Origin: Rathayibacter toxicus DSM 7488
GTDB lineage: Bacteria > Actinomycetota > Actinomycetes > Actinomycetales > Microbacteriaceae
Direction: 5' to 3'
Assembly (NCBI RefSeq): GCF_000425325.1
Contig: NZ_KE384349.1
Span: 280,790-304,789, forward strand
DNA: 24,000 nucleotides
Shown here: positions 23,926 through 24,000 of the stretch, piece after piece
How positions within the stretch are numbered: position 1 is the stretch's first letter
Layout: each line of letters opens with the position of its first letter
The notes under the pieces: model-generated
The model's input: the letters and a program-made list of their open reading frames with translations, nothing else
Databases searched by the model: none
What the model was told of the DNA's origin: nothing
Position numbers and translations under genes: made by a program

Positions 23926-24000
23926 CTACTTGGCCTTCTCGAGAATCTCGACCAGGCGCCAGCGCTTGGAAGCACTGAGGGGACGGGTCTCGCTGATGAG
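23926..24000 (-). CDS. rpsQ: 30S ribosomal protein S17, C-terminal fragment (gene continues past the right window edge)
   Basis: Hand translation of the reverse strand gives ...LISETRPLSASKRWRLVEILEKAK*. Stop is at 23926-23928. Confidence 0.9.
   Translation of the reverse strand, partial: LISETRPLSASKRWRLVEILEKAK

Noticed and set aside
1-24000. Search for tRNA, rRNA, CRISPR arrays, IS elements, transposases, integrases and known defence-system genes.
   Set aside because: I saw no cloverleaf-like segments, no regularly spaced direct repeats, no DDE or tyrosine-recombinase-like ORFs and no terminal inverted repeats. The only repeats are the two-unit tandem at 5348-6012 and local hairpins.

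Overview
High-GC, Actinomycetota-type chromosomal segment. Almost every gene is on the minus strand.

The backbone is the distal part of the ribosomal-protein superoperon. Read along the minus strand it runs: rpsQ (3' end), rplN, rplX, rplE, rpsH, rplF, rplR, rpsE, rpmD, rplO, secY, adk, map, then infA, rpmJ, rpsM, rpsK, rpoA, rplQ, then truA. Neither rpsN (between rplE and rpsH) nor rpsD (between rpsK and rpoA) is present. Structured non-coding spacers occupy those two positions.

Three non-core blocks interrupt or flank this backbone:

1. Between map and infA (about 10.26-16.7 kb) there is a complete PTS and mannitol operon, ptsH-ptsI-mtlA(EIICB)-mtlF(EIIA)-mtlD, plus a plus-strand signal peptidase I gene.
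2. Between rplQ and truA (about 5.34-6.84 kb) there is an AT-richer islet of roughly 1.45 kb with its own promoter. It encodes a Sec-secreted 159-aa protein with a Gly-rich, Cys-bracketed C-terminus. This gene is translationally coupled to a two-TM protein of about 69 aa. Downstream lies a tandem, degenerate second copy of the small gene and its terminator hairpin. I read this as a candidate bacteriocin/toxin-immunity locus with an orphan module. I could not place either protein in a named family.
3. At 1-3.7 kb there is a lower-GC, tightly overlapping five-gene operon: a split ComDE/Ppd-type ThDP decarboxylase (alpha and beta subunits), an unassignable SIMIBI P-loop protein, an SsuD-like flavin monooxygenase, and a carbamoyltransferase-family gene that runs off the window edge and is absent from the ORF track.

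I saw no tRNA, rRNA, CRISPR array, transposase or integrase. All calls come from reading the sequence and recalling family signatures; no database search was possible.
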